NCBI GenBank assembly: GCA_963755915.1
Contig: CAVWLP010000002.1
Coordinates: 2,528,001 to 2,592,000, forward strand
Direction of reading: 5' to 3'
Source: an uncultured Phycisphaerales bacterium
GTDB lineage: Bacteria > Planctomycetota > Phycisphaerae > Tepidisphaerales > Tepidisphaeraceae
Length of the DNA: 64,000 nucleotides
The notes beneath the pieces are model-generated. The model did no database searches. It had not been told where the DNA came from and saw nothing but the letters and a program-made list of their open reading frames with translations. The stretch's first letter is position 1, and each line of letters starts with the position of its first letter. This document shows positions 41,448-51,818 of this stretch, piece after piece. The translations under genes were made by a program, and so were the position numbers.

Positions 41448-43349
41448 ATGCCCGCCACCGACCACGAGCTTCTGCTACAGCACCACGCCGGCGATAAAGC
41501 CGCCTTTGCCGAACTGACCAGTCGCCACATTCACTGGATCTATTCCGCGGCCCTTCGCCGGGCGAAAAATCCACAGCTTGCCGAAGACATCACCCAGGCG
41601 GTCCTGCTGGCCCTGGCCACCAACCGTCGCGCCTTAAGCGCCAAACTTCTCGCCGCCTGGATTTTTGGCGTCGTCCGCTATTCCACCGCCAGCGCTCTCC
41701 GCTCCGAATCCCGCCGCTGGCGTCACGAAACCGCCGCGGCCCAGCTTCAACAATCTCAAAACCCCACTCCATCTGCCATGAGCACAACGCCCGACTGGCA
41801 ATCCCTGGCTCCGCAATTGGAAGATGCCGTCGCGGCGCTGCCCACTGCCGACCGCCAGCTTATTCTCCTTCGCTTTTACCAGCAGCTATCTTTTGCGCAG
41901 GTCGCCTCCGCGCTTGGCATAACCGAGAGCGCCGCCCGCCAGCGTCTGGGCCGTGCCCTGGGCAAACTTCGCGCCCGCTTCCTCGCCGCCAACCTGGCCA
42001 TCTCCGCCGAATCGCTCGGGGGGATCATTTTGCAAAACTGCACGCACCCGGCCCCCGCGCATCTTGCCGCCTCCCCAGCCTCCGCCCATGCGTCCGATTT
42101 ATTCCGATCATGGCTCCGCCATCTTCGCCGCCGGCTCGTCGTGCAATTTGCCACCGTCGCCGCTGCGCTGGTGGTCATCGCGGCGGTCACGACCGAACTG
42201 CTCGTCGATCACCAACCTTCGCCCGCGCGGGTCCAAAACATTCCTCTCACTGAGGCGGCGCCCGCGCCTGCACCAGCACCTGCAACGGTCGATGCCGCAA
42301 CGCGCCCCTCCGACATGACATTCGCCCAGGTCATCGCCGCGATAAAACAAACCGAGCACCTGTTCCAGAACGTCCACGTCAAAAATTTCCAAACCACCAC
42401 TGAACACCAGCCCTCGGGCCAGGTCGCCTGGACCCCCACGCCCGTTCGTTACACAGGCTCCGCATGTTTCGACGCCGACCCCGAAGGGCAAGCCCGGCAA
42501 TACCTGACCTCTGAAGTCCTCCCCCGGGCGAGCGGCACCTCACCCCTTATGGAACAAATCGTCGATCGAAGCTGGGATGGCAAACATTGCGTCCAACTGG
42601 AGCTTGCCCAAGGAAACCTTGGACAATTGCACCGAATCGCAAGCGCACAGATCACGCGCGAGCGGCCGCTGGAACTGGGCCCCTATTACCGGCAGTTTGC
42701 CGGCCTCGGTTTCACCGCGCAGTACTACTTTATGTATGAGGAACTCAGTAATCCTCCACAGCCCCGCCCGACTTTCTCCGAAATGCTTCAATCCTACGCG
42801 AAGCGCCTCGGAAAACCGCCGGACGTTTGGCAGCAGACGATCAACGGCCTGAGCGCCATCCGCCTCCATTACCACCGCGAAGTCCCCGGCAAACTCTCTG
42901 CTGATTTCAGCTATTGGTTCGCCCCCTCCCGCGGGTTTGCCTATTTAAAAGAGGAATCGATCCTGAACGAGCCCAACTTCTCCAAAACCGAAAGCACCGA
43001 CGTCCTCGCCTTCAGGCAGCTCGCCCCCAATATTTGGTTTCCCACACGAGTCACCTGGATCAAGCGAGCCGGCATCAAAGGCGGCTACATGCGCTATACC
43101 TACCGCGCCAACGACATCACCGTGAACGACCCCAACTTCGACCCCAAGATCTTTCACCCCGCCATCCCCACCGCCTGGGTCGTCGACGACTTCACCGGCC
43201 CCGCCCGCCAAAATTATTTCACAATGCCCGACGGCTCGCACCTCCAGCTCCACCCCGGCACAGATATCCCGCACATAAAACCCGCCGTCTCCACCCGTCC
43301 CGACGGCGACGACCCTCCGATCACGCACGAGGGATGGGCAGCGTGGTAG
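41448..43349 (+). CDS. ECF sigma-70 factor with TM helix and large C-terminal extension
   Basis: TDHELL..H..GDKAAFAEL, AEDITQAVLL, DRQLILLRFY..LSFAQVA, RLGRALGKLR, then RRR + TM helix, Pro/Ala linker and a ~350-aa soluble domain. Confidence 0.88.
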   Translation: MPATDHELLLQHHAGDKAAFAELTSRHIHWIYSAALRRAKNPQLAEDITQAVLLALATNRRALSAKLLAAWIFGVVRYSTASALRSESRRWRHETAAAQLQQSQNPTPSAMSTTPDWQSLAPQLEDAVAALPTADRQLILLRFYQQLSFAQVASALGITESAARQRLGRALGKLRARFLAANLAISAESLGGIILQNCTHPAPAHLAASPASAHASDLFRSWLRHLRRRLVVQFATVAAALVVIAAVTTELLVDHQPSPARVQNIPLTEAAPAPAPAPATVDAATRPSDMTFAQVIAAIKQTEHLFQNVHVKNFQTTTEHQPSGQVAWTPTPVRYTGSACFDADPEGQARQYLTSEVLPRASGTSPLMEQIVDRSWDGKHCVQLELAQGNLGQLHRIASAQITRERPLELGPYYRQFAGLGFTAQYYFMYEELSNPPQPRPTFSEMLQSYAKRLGKPPDVWQQTINGLSAIRLHYHREVPGKLSADFSYWFAPSRGFAYLKEESILNEPNFSKTESTDVLAFRQLAPNIWFPTRVTWIKRAGIKGGYMRYTYRANDITVNDPNFDPKIFHPAIPTAWVVDDFTGPARQNYFTMPDGSHLQLHPGTDIPHIKPAVSTRPDGDDPPITHEGWAAW

Positions 43350-43733
43350 AAACCCTCCTAGGCACTCATTCCTTCGTTAGGGAGCGAGCGGTTGGATGCC
43401 CCGGTTCTGGCAAACCTGCCGCACATGCATCGCAAGTGTGCGAAGTAGAGTGTCGTCACTTTTAATCCATATATGTAGTCAAATAATGTCAAAATCCCCT
43501 TCTTTGCGTTACCCATTTTGCCCACCTCCCCCATCTTGTTGCGGACTGTCCAGTTTTGTAAAGCATGCCCCAAGCCCCAAAAAATCCTGCCGCAGGCAAA
43601 ACAGATGGTATACCGCCCGCATTTCACCGCGGGCTCGCAGCTTGACACCCCGAGATGCGCAGGAGTAGCGTGATTGGATGAGCAATGCCGAGTTGCTCAT
43701 CCACATTTCTAACCAACCGATCGGAGTCCTCTC

Positions 43734-44129
43734 ATGCGCAACCTCTTTTTGCTTTTGATCGCCGGCTCTTTGCTGGCGGTTGTTTCCGCGTGTTCGTCTT
43801 CGCCGAAACAGACCGATTCGAATTCGATGCAGAATTCGATCTCCGGCATCCTGATCGACCAGTCCTGCGGAGCGGGCATGATGACCAAGGACGATCCCGA
43901 AACAGCCGCGGCGGCTCATCCCAGGTCCTGCGCGATGAAGGAGTCCTGTGCCGCTTCCGGATATGCGGTGATCAGCGGCAAGGAGATGATCAAGTTTGAC
44001 GACAACGGCAACAAGCTGGCCAAGGACTTCCTGGCCAACACCGACAAGACGGACAACCTGCGGGTGACCGTCCAGGGTGTCCGCTCCGGCGATACGATCG
44101 CGGTTACCGCGATCAATCCGGCCAGCTAG
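43734..44129 (+). CDS. Small Cys-containing lipoprotein
   Basis: Lipobox VSAC, GILIDQSC, H.RSCA..ESCAASGY. Confidence 0.75.
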   Translation: MRNLFLLLIAGSLLAVVSACSSSPKQTDSNSMQNSISGILIDQSCGAGMMTKDDPETAAAAHPRSCAMKESCAASGYAVISGKEMIKFDDNGNKLAKDFLANTDKTDNLRVTVQGVRSGDTIAVTAINPAS

Positions 44130-44182
44130 CGCGCGTGATGCGCGTTACCGTGCAATAAGGGCGGGACGGAAAAGAGGCGCGT

Positions 44183-45163
44183 GTGAAGGAATTGCCTGAT
44201 GGGGATGAGGCGTGGTGCGGAGTGCGCGCGAGAGTCGGGCTGATTTCGCTGGCGCTGTCGCCGTTTGTGCTGCTGGCGGGGTTGATTGGATTTGGCATTT
44301 CGCAGGGAACGATGCTGGGGAGCCTGCTGGGGGATCTGCTGATTTTTGGCGCGCTGGCGGTGCTTGCGTTTGGGAAAGACGATGGGATTTCGGCCGAAGG
44401 GAGACGGACCTTGCGGTGGGCCCTGTTGGTCGGGCTGCTGGCGCCTGCGGGACTGGCGCTGCATTTTATGCCGGCGGTTTCGGTGCACGGGGGCGGTGGA
44501 AACAGCGTGGTGAGGCTGGATCCTCCGCCGCATCCGATGCCGGCGATTGGGGCGGCGGTGTTGCGTGGGCTCAGCGTCAAGGATGGGGTGATGATTCTAA
44601 AGGAGGACCCGACTCTTGTACCCAATGAACCGTCGCCCTACAGCGCCTGCGACAATCAGGATTGGAACTTTCCCGGGTCGCATTTTGTGGATCCCGACGG
44701 CAATGGAATGGACTTTAAGTTGACGGGCCCGGACCTGCTTCATTTTCAGGACGACCGCGGCGGATTTGCGGACGTGAAGTGGGACGGGACGCAGTTCATC
44801 CTTGTGGCGAGCAACTCGGCCGGGCAGGCGGCCAGCGCGCAGTCGCCCAGCGCGTCGGCGGTGACAACGGCGCGGATGGGGGATGTGCTGCTTATCGTCT
44901 GTCCGATGGTGGCGTGGCTATTCATCACGCGATTCGCCCAGCAGGAGCGCCGCAGTCGCGGGACCGGCGCGTTGCTGGTCGGGGGAATGGTCCTCCAGAT
45001 TATCGCGATTGTCGGGGTGATCTTTGTCGTGACTTCAGAGCCGGCGAGTCTCGACGAAGTTTCGGGGGGATTGCTGGTGCTGTTTTCAGGGGTGATTGTG
45101 ATTTGCTTTGGGCTTGGGGTGGGGATTGCGGCGCCGAGCTTGGTGAGGATCAGCCGTGGTTGA
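44183..45163 (+). CDS. Hypothetical multi-pass membrane protein
   Basis: About 6 hydrophobic segments flanking a soluble loop. Confidence 0.6.
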   Translation: MKELPDGDEAWCGVRARVGLISLALSPFVLLAGLIGFGISQGTMLGSLLGDLLIFGALAVLAFGKDDGISAEGRRTLRWALLVGLLAPAGLALHFMPAVSVHGGGGNSVVRLDPPPHPMPAIGAAVLRGLSVKDGVMILKEDPTLVPNEPSPYSACDNQDWNFPGSHFVDPDGNGMDFKLTGPDLLHFQDDRGGFADVKWDGTQFILVASNSAGQAASAQSPSASAVTTARMGDVLLIVCPMVAWLFITRFAQQERRSRGTGALLVGGMVLQIIAIVGVIFVVTSEPASLDEVSGGLLVLFSGVIVICFGLGVGIAAPSLVRISRG

Positions 45164-45244
45164 TCAGCTCCTCGCCGACGCGAAAGAAAATCAGGTGGGG
45201 ATCTTTTCGATTGTCCCGCTTTATGGGTCGTGGACAGCGACGCG

Positions 45245-45400
45245 TTAGACCAGGCTCTTCAGGAACGCATCGAACTCGTCGTCTTTCATTTTCAGGAGGT
45301 GTTTTTCCTCGGGAAAAGCGCCGCTGTGGACATCGGTGCTCAGGGCTTTCAAGGCTTCGACTCGCAGGCGTTGGACGCGTGCCTCAGCCAATTGGGTCTT
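45245..45400 (-). pseudogene. C-terminal fragment resembling PanB (ketopantoate hydroxymethyltransferase)
   Basis: RVEALKALSTDVHSGAFPEEKH..MKDDEFDAF resembles the PanB C-terminal 'DV..G.FP...H' helix. The rest of the gene is absent. Confidence 0.5.
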
Positions 45401-45475
45401 GGCTGGCGTTGCCCCCACATTGTCACACATCGCGGCTTCGGAACACTTTGGAAGCCGACATCGGCAAAATGGGAG

Positions 45476-46712
45476 TCAGGTCAAAAGGCTTAGGGCTGAT
45501 TCTGCGAAGGTGGCGCGCAGCTCGTTCACGTCTTTCGCGGTCAGATCGCGCATGATCAGCGGAAGTTTCTTATCGCGCTTCAAAAAATACCGGAACGCAG
45601 CCAGGAACAAATCCGGCTGCGCGTTGCTTTCAACTTCAAGCGTTTCGGGAAACGATGCATCAAGGATCGTGACGCCTGCATCCGACATTTCCATCAGCTC
45701 CTCTACCCAGCGCAGGACGACAGCGACCGGTGCTTCCCTCGGAAAGCGCTGAGCCACAAGCGAGAGCAGATCGTCGCGCGTGGGAGCGTTCATCAGCAAT
45801 GCAAGGAAGAACCGATGCTCGGGCTCAATGATCGTTGCGCAAGCTCTTGATGACGCTCCGACGGACGTCTTCCCGCAGGGTCGTTGCAACGCCGGCGGCG
45901 ACGTTGCCGTGCTTCTTTTCGAATATCTGAAGCACCGGTTCCCATTGCTCGAGATGCTGCAGAGATTCGATGCAGTGATGCAGGACAGAAAAGCCGCGCT
46001 CGAAGTCCAGGTCGGCGATCATCTCCATCACCCGTTCGACGTATCCGGCGTCATTCGCCTGATCCAGCAAATCGAGCAGTTGCATGCGGCGCATCATGAG
46101 TGTGTCCCTGAAATGCGGATCAATCGCGATGTGCGGCGGCAGGTAATTGAGCTGCGGTCCCGTTCCTGGATCATGTTGCGTGCGCACGACCACCGTGGCC
46201 GACGGTGAATCCAGATGGAAAAGGGAATGAATATCCTGTTGGCCGGAGACGATCGGCACCGTGCGCCCTGATTCCAGGATCTCCATCTTCTTCATCCGAA
46301 GGTTGCCGACGCGGATATAGGGAGTAACTGGCCGGGCCTTTTCAAATTCATAATGTGCGTGAATGCTCGACCCATGCATCACATGAAACGCGCCGGAGAA
46401 TTCGTGTTGATGAATGGCTGTTGTTCCGTCCATCCAAAACAGGAGTTGGATGTAAAACCGCGGATGGCTGTACGCCACCAGTTCGGGTTCTCCGAAAGGC
46501 GAATCGGTCTGAACCGGCTGCTCTTCGCTGAGCAGGAAATCCCGCATGAGGGCAGGAAGTTTCACGATCTTCGCAGGCGGCTGCGCATCCAGCGCCCAGC
46601 AGGCAATGTCCGGGAACTTCGCGAGAGAAAAGTTTTCCCGCTTCCAGCGCTGAAGGACAGTGTCCCCCAACTTTTTGAACAATGCATGCATCCGCTCACT
46701 GTACCCCCGCAC
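45476..46712 (-). CDS. Hypothetical protein with cupin-like metal motif (frameshift at ~45830)
   Basis: W..GTTAIHQHEFSGAFHV..G ... IHSLFH pattern. C-terminus is in ORF 45476..45889. Confidence 0.65.
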
Positions 46713-46713
46713 G

Positions 46714-47988
46714 CTACGGCGACGCCAGTGTCGCAGCCGCGCGCCCAGCGAGGAAGCCCGTTGCCCACGCCCATTGGAAGTTGAATCCGCCGATCCTGCC
46801 GTCGCAGTCGAGCACCTCGCCGGCCAGGTACAAGCCCGAAACTTTCCGCGACTGCATCGTGCGGAAGTCGATTTCGCTCAGCGGAACGCCGCCGGCCGTC
46901 ACCTCCGCGTAGTTCCAACCACGATGCTGCGCAACCGGCAGCACGAGGGCCGTCAGCACGTGAACGAGCGAGCGCCGCAGCCCGCGCGTCAACTGGCCGG
47001 CCACTGTTGCTGGATCAATCCCGGCGTGCCGCAGCAGCGCCGCCGCCGTGCGTTCATTAAGCCGTTGCGACAAATGGGTGAGTATCGAAGCCCTCGGTCG
47101 ATTCGAGGTTGACTGAATTAACCATTGCTCGACCTGCTGAAAGCTCTCGCCGGGCAGCAGGTTGCACAGCAACGTCGGCGCAACGCCGGTTGACTGAGCG
47201 GTTTCGTGCGCCGTCGTCCAGTGTCGGCTCGCATCCATCACCACCGGGCCGCTGATGCCGAAGTGAGTCCAGAGGAGACTGCCGGTTCGATCATCGATCC
47301 GCTTCCCGCCCAGGAATACCGACAACTGCACATCCTGCGAAACGCCGGCAAGTTCAGCGTGAAACATCGGCTGCGACAGGACCAAGGGGACGAGCGCGGC
47401 GTACGTCGGGGTAACGGTGTGGCCCAATCCACGAACGATTTCCCAGCCCAATCCATCGCTGCCGCTTAGCGGGAGCGATCGCCCACCTGTCGAGACGATT
47501 ACCCGCCCACACTTCAACGTCCCGTTGTTGTGCAGGATCTGAAAGGAGTGGTCGGCGTCCGAAGGCGGGCCAATTCCCGTCACCCTGTGGCTCGTCAAAA
47601 TTGTCACCTTCAGCGCATCGCACTCATCCAGCAAAGCCTTGAGCACGACCCGCGCCGAGTTGGCGACCGGAAAGAGTTTTCCCGACGGCTCACGTTTGAG
47701 CTCAACGCCGAGCGACGCGAACCAGCGAATCGTCGCCGCCACATCGAACGCCGAGAGAATATTGCGAACGATATTCTGCGACCCGTTAAAATCTCTGGGG
47801 AATACTTCGTGATGTGTGACATTACATCGCCCGCCGCCGGAGACGAGAATTTTCGCACCGAGCATCTTGGCCCCATCCAGAACAACGATCCGAAGTCCTG
47901 CCGGCGCCGCCTTGGCGGCAAAAATCGCCGCCGCCAGGCCCGCGGCGCCGCCACCGACAATCGCAAGATCCGCGGTATCGCTTTGCAT
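46714..47988 (-). CDS. HI0933/BaiN-family flavoprotein
   Basis: GGGAAG, GAKILVSGGGRCNVT, GKLFP, TGG.S.P.SGSDG, THFGISGP, VTAGGV, GEVLDCDGRIGGFNFQWA. Confidence 0.93.
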   Translation of the reverse strand: MQSDTADLAIVGGGAAGLAAAIFAAKAAPAGLRIVVLDGAKMLGAKILVSGGGRCNVTHHEVFPRDFNGSQNIVRNILSAFDVAATIRWFASLGVELKREPSGKLFPVANSARVVLKALLDECDALKVTILTSHRVTGIGPPSDADHSFQILHNNGTLKCGRVIVSTGGRSLPLSGSDGLGWEIVRGLGHTVTPTYAALVPLVLSQPMFHAELAGVSQDVQLSVFLGGKRIDDRTGSLLWTHFGISGPVVMDASRHWTTAHETAQSTGVAPTLLCNLLPGESFQQVEQWLIQSTSNRPRASILTHLSQRLNERTAAALLRHAGIDPATVAGQLTRGLRRSLVHVLTALVLPVAQHRGWNYAEVTAGGVPLSEIDFRTMQSRKVSGLYLAGEVLDCDGRIGGFNFQWAWATGFLAGRAAATLASP

Positions 47989-48505
47989 CGGCAGAAATAC
48001 CAAAGAGAATCCAGGCACAGGCAACCGGCAGAAGGGCTATGCAATCACCGGCAGAAAACAGGAGGCTTGTTCCAGTCACCGTACTGGAGTTAACTGCCAA
48101 GCGATGAGAAGTGTAATCGTGCGGGCGGGACGTTCAAACCGATTGGTGGTATTGGGGCCAGCGGGACGCCAGTGAAACTCGCAATCGCGTTTTTCGAGGG
48201 ATTTCGCGGATTTCCTGCCATTTTGACGCGGGCGTTTGCTCTGCTCGTGCAAAGTAAATTCGAGAGCGCCGCCGTCCGACGCTCGGTATGTTGAGGAGGT
48301 CCAACGCCCCCGCAGCCGTCGGAGTTGTACGCGACGTTTCCGCCGCTTGATGCAAGACCTCCGGCCGGCGCGCCTTGCCGTGCGCGATAGTACCGAGGAA
48401 CGATACTGGCCGAATACTCCTATGACTGCGTTCAAGCTGAAAAACCGGCCGCGCAGCGTGGGCCGACACTGATTTGCCAATTCACGGCTGCGCGGCTCGG
48501 TGCGG

Positions 48506-48961
48506 CTATCGCGAAACGCCAATCTTCGCGACCATTTGATCCACCATGGACGTTTCCGTCTCGGTGGGGGACCAATCCTGGCCCAGGCCGCCGACGAAAC
48601 GGCCGTTCACCTTGACCCTGAAATAATTCTCATCACCGGCGTGCTGCGTGAATTCCACCGCCAGAACGTGCGGATCAAGGCCCAGCGCCTCGATACATGC
48701 GTCGAAAATCGCCGCCGCCAAACGCTCCCGCTGCTCCGGTGGACGGCCGCGGCGAACTTCGCAGCTCACCACGGCTCCGGGCACCGGCTCGGCATCGCGA
48801 CAACGCCACATGTTGCCTTCTCCCAACTCTCGGAAGGCAACCGCCACGAGGTCGGGCGTGGTCTGCATGATCTCGGCGTACAGATTTCCCAATTTCCGCG
48901 CCAGATCACGCTTCACGGCAAACGGATAACTCCTCGGCAGGTCCAGTTGCAGGTACGGCAT
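48506..48961 (-). CDS. Tautomerase superfamily protein
   Basis: N-terminal (M)P catalytic proline, two beta-alpha-beta units, RRGRPPEQR. Confidence 0.8.
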   Translation of the reverse strand: MPYLQLDLPRSYPFAVKRDLARKLGNLYAEIMQTTPDLVAVAFRELGEGNMWRCRDAEPVPGAVVSCEVRRGRPPEQRERLAAAIFDACIEALGLDPHVLAVEFTQHAGDENYFRVKVNGRFVGGLGQDWSPTETETSMVDQMVAKIGVSR

Positions 48962-49035
48962 AACAATCTCCTTTTCAGGTGCAGGCTTGCACCTTTACTG
49001 TCCCGTCAATCACGCCCATCACGCGACGGGCTAAG

Positions 49036-49076
49036 TTGACAGTGTCAATATATCGGCAGATATGGGCAGTGTCAAC
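49036..49076. promoter_or_regulatory. Twin candidate TetR operators upstream of the tautomerase
   Basis: TTGACAGTGTCAA (49036-49048) plus degenerate GGCAGTGTCAA (~49065-49075). Confidence 0.75.
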
Positions 49077-49118
49077 GTATAAATCAAAAAAATACTGGCA
49101 CGCGTTCCAACCAGGCCG

Positions 49119-49766
49119 TCAGCGCCGCATCATCCCCTGGCAGACGATCCGCGACAGCTTTTCAGCCAGATGGTCCAGCGCCTTGCGCGGAATCGCCGGC
49201 AGCCGGTCCAGCGCCAGCATCGTCAGCCCGTGCACCGCGGACCATGCCGTCAGCACCGCCGCCTCGAGCTCCTCTTCACGCTTCATCGTGCTGGAGAAAA
49301 CGCCTTCGTGCGCCCCCCGGCGGAGAATCGATTCCAGCACCGACCGGCTCTGGCCGGCCGCCTGAAGCACCACGTCGGGACGTCCCTCAACGCCGGCTAG
49401 CTCGGAACTGAACATGAGGCGGTAATATCCCGGATTTTCCAGGCCAAATCTAACGTACGCAACGCCGCACTTGATCAGCGCCTTGTCGGGTGGATTATCA
49501 GCGGAAAACGAAGCTTGGAGCTTGTCGCGCAGGGCATCATATCCCGCGGCCGCAACCGCGGCCAGCAATTCGCGCTTGTCGGTAAAGTGGTTGTACGGGG
49601 CGTTGTGGCTGACACCGGCGCGGCGGGCCACCTCGCGCAGCGAAAAGGCCCAATTCTGCTCCTCCGTGACCAGCGCCATTGCAGCGTCAACCAGCGCCCG
49701 ACGCAAATCCCCATGGTGATACCCATCCGCCGCCGCAGTCCTGGTTGCTTCATTCATCATCGACAA
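49119..49766 (-). CDS. TetR/AcrR-family regulator with WHG-type C-terminal domain
   Basis: YHHGDLR.AL, SLREVARRAGVSHNAPYNHF, AWSAVHG. Confidence 0.93.
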   Translation of the reverse strand: MSMMNEATRTAAADGYHHGDLRRALVDAAMALVTEEQNWAFSLREVARRAGVSHNAPYNHFTDKRELLAAVAAAGYDALRDKLQASFSADNPPDKALIKCGVAYVRFGLENPGYYRLMFSSELAGVEGRPDVVLQAAGQSRSVLESILRRGAHEGVFSSTMKREEELEAAVLTAWSAVHGLTMLALDRLPAIPRKALDHLAEKLSRIVCQGMMRR

Positions 49767-49778
49767 TTATGCGAGATA

Positions 49779-49797
49779 ATATTGACATTGTCAATAT
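49779..49797. promoter_or_regulatory. Candidate TetR autoregulatory operator
   Basis: Perfect 19-bp palindrome ATATTGACA-T-TGTCAATAT just upstream of tetR. Confidence 0.8.
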
Positions 49798-49925
49798 ACA
49801 CGAATTTAAAGGGACACAACCCCGGCGACCTGACCGAACAGCTCCGCACCCTCATCAGCGTGAGCAAGGCCTATAAAGCAAACGCCCGCGATGGCTAAAA
49901 ACCGTCGCGGGCGCTGTGCTATTTT

Positions 49926-49966
49926 TCCCCCTCTCCCACTAGTCTGGGAGAGGGTTGGGGTCAGGG
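49926..49966. repeat. REP-like hairpin
   Basis: ccctctccca-ctagtc-tgggagaggg-ttggggtcaggg. Same family as 18076. Confidence 0.65.
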
Positions 49967-50068
49967 CCGAGCTCGAACTGGATGAATCGCACTTTGCCAT
50001 CGCTTCCAGCCAGCGTTTCCCAGCATCCGTATGTGCGGCAATTCGAGACCAAGCAGATCGGCTTCGCA

Positions 50069-51676
50069 TTATTGCGAAACCGCGCCGACCGGCACCAGTG
50101 GCGGTGGCCCCTGGAAGGTGGCTGAATCCTTTAAGGCCTTGGCAACTTCCGGCACCGGCGCGTAATTGCGCAGTAAAAGATAGAATGGACCTCCAGGCGC
50201 AGGCAGCCAATTTGCTTCTCGGTCCGGGCCCGGATCGTTCTGTTGGACGTAAAGCGTGATCGATCCGTCCGGATTCGCCTTGAGATCGTCGTCGCTCCCG
50301 AGGGAGTACCGATTGATCGGATTGGGAACGGTCAGCGAGGTGCCGCTGTCATACATGGTTAGCGACCAGAAACCAGGCGGTATCGGCTTGGCATATTGCA
50401 TATCCCCCGTCAATCTCAACGTGTATTGCCTCTTTCCGGTCAACGGCTGCGCGTTGGAGTCCAGAAGTCCGGAATAGTAGATTGCCTCCACAGGTGTATT
50501 GGCCGTAAGGCCAAACACCGCGACGGCGGCGCGCGACAGGTAGTCGTTACCGGCGAAACCCACATTGTACGGGGGGATAACCCATCCGTTGGCAAATTTC
50601 CCACCAAGGGGGAGGCATCCCACGAGCGTCGAACCGATCTCGCTGGCGGCCTCCTTCATTTGCTCCCGGATCAGCGGATTCACGCTTTCGGGCGTCCACT
50701 GTTTGCCCAACTCGATTCCCAGGTACTTGAACTGCGGTAGAACCGCCTCAATCTCGTTCTGGGGCGGCGGGTTTTCGTTCATGGCCGCTGAGAAGATCGA
50801 CCAGAATTGCAATGGGTCGTCAAACTTCATCTGGCTGCTGGCGACTTTCGGATCGATCATAGGCGACGGGTAATCGTACGTCAGTGCTTCCGGCGCGGGC
50901 CCACCATTGTATTGTGCCAGCCCTTGCACTGTAATTGCCTCCAGCACTTGCTTGGCGGCCGCAAGATCCGCTTCATCCTTCACATGCACGCGCGGTTGAA
51001 GTTCAACCCAGCGGGTCGGGCAGTCGATTCGTGTTACGCCGGCCGGCAACTGGCCGTTCCAGCCGCGTTCCACCAAGGCGAATTTGCCCCCCTTGTAACC
51101 CGTGGCCGTACCGCCTGCGTAAGCGAACGCATTCGTCCACATGTCAACAAGTTCGACCATATAGTAACGCCCGCCGGAGTCGGGAACGCTGAGGATGAAG
51201 GGCTGCTGGCCGAGGTCCAGAAAACCGAAGCGGTACAGCGTATTCACATTCGGCGAAACGTACCCGGCCTCTTCGGCCATCTTTGGCGTTGCGATGTCCT
51301 CCAGACGCCAGATTTCGCCGGGTGGCGCCTTGGCATTGGCTCCGATGCACACCGTTTGCCGCAGGTTGTACATCGCCACGATCGGAGCGCCGTAGGTTGC
51401 GGCTTGAAAGGCTAGCGAGCGAACCCATCCCGTCATGGCCGCCAATTGCTGGGGCGACACCTGAGGATGATTTGCGGAACCCGCTTGCGCGGGGTTAGGA
51501 ATCCCGGATTCGACAACATTGGGTTGGTTTACATTTCCGACGCTCCGCGCGATAGCTGCGCCGTCCCCCAGTCCGCCGCACCCCAGCGCCAAAGCAAATG
51601 GGATGCTCGGAAGCAGGCAGAGCGCAGTCACCTCTCTCAACCTCGGGAGCCGATGTTTGAAATTACCGATTCTCAT
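50069..51676 (-). CDS. DUF1254/DUF1214 exported protein (possible lipoprotein)
   Basis: ALGC, SPNVNTLY, DMWTN, NT..EAIY, FWSLTMYD, NPINRYSL, NPDGSITLY.Q, NWLPAP. Confidence 0.9.
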   Translation of the reverse strand: MRIGNFKHRLPRLREVTALCLLPSIPFALALGCGGLGDGAAIARSVGNVNQPNVVESGIPNPAQAGSANHPQVSPQQLAAMTGWVRSLAFQAATYGAPIVAMYNLRQTVCIGANAKAPPGEIWRLEDIATPKMAEEAGYVSPNVNTLYRFGFLDLGQQPFILSVPDSGGRYYMVELVDMWTNAFAYAGGTATGYKGGKFALVERGWNGQLPAGVTRIDCPTRWVELQPRVHVKDEADLAAAKQVLEAITVQGLAQYNGGPAPEALTYDYPSPMIDPKVASSQMKFDDPLQFWSIFSAAMNENPPPQNEIEAVLPQFKYLGIELGKQWTPESVNPLIREQMKEAASEIGSTLVGCLPLGGKFANGWVIPPYNVGFAGNDYLSRAAVAVFGLTANTPVEAIYYSGLLDSNAQPLTGKRQYTLRLTGDMQYAKPIPPGFWSLTMYDSGTSLTVPNPINRYSLGSDDDLKANPDGSITLYVQQNDPGPDREANWLPAPGGPFYLLLRNYAPVPEVAKALKDSATFQGPPPLVPVGAVSQ

Positions 51677-51759
51677 TTGTCACGTCCTTTCCTGTTTTCA
51701 ATCTCGATCGTCCCGGACGCGACGGCGAATTACCGGCGCTACGATCCGCGACCTCTATG

Positions 51760-51800
51760 TTGACGCTGTCAATATAGCGGCGAATGTAGGCAGCGTCAAT
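51760..51800. promoter_or_regulatory. Twin candidate TetR operators upstream of the DUF1254 gene
   Basis: TTGACGCTGTCAA (51760-51772) plus GGCAGCGTCAA, with the same spacing as 49036-49076. Confidence 0.7.
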
Positions 51801-51818
51801 ATACTTGTGCAAATTATT

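Noticed and set aside
43396-43470. Possible RAYT transposase N-terminal remnant (MPR..., ANLPH)
   Set aside because: Only a few residues in different frames, compatible with chance.
48076-48522. ORF between HI0933 and the tautomerase; one frame gives GGNVAYNSDG, like an H-X9-DG remnant
   Set aside because: Too short and degenerate to support a call.
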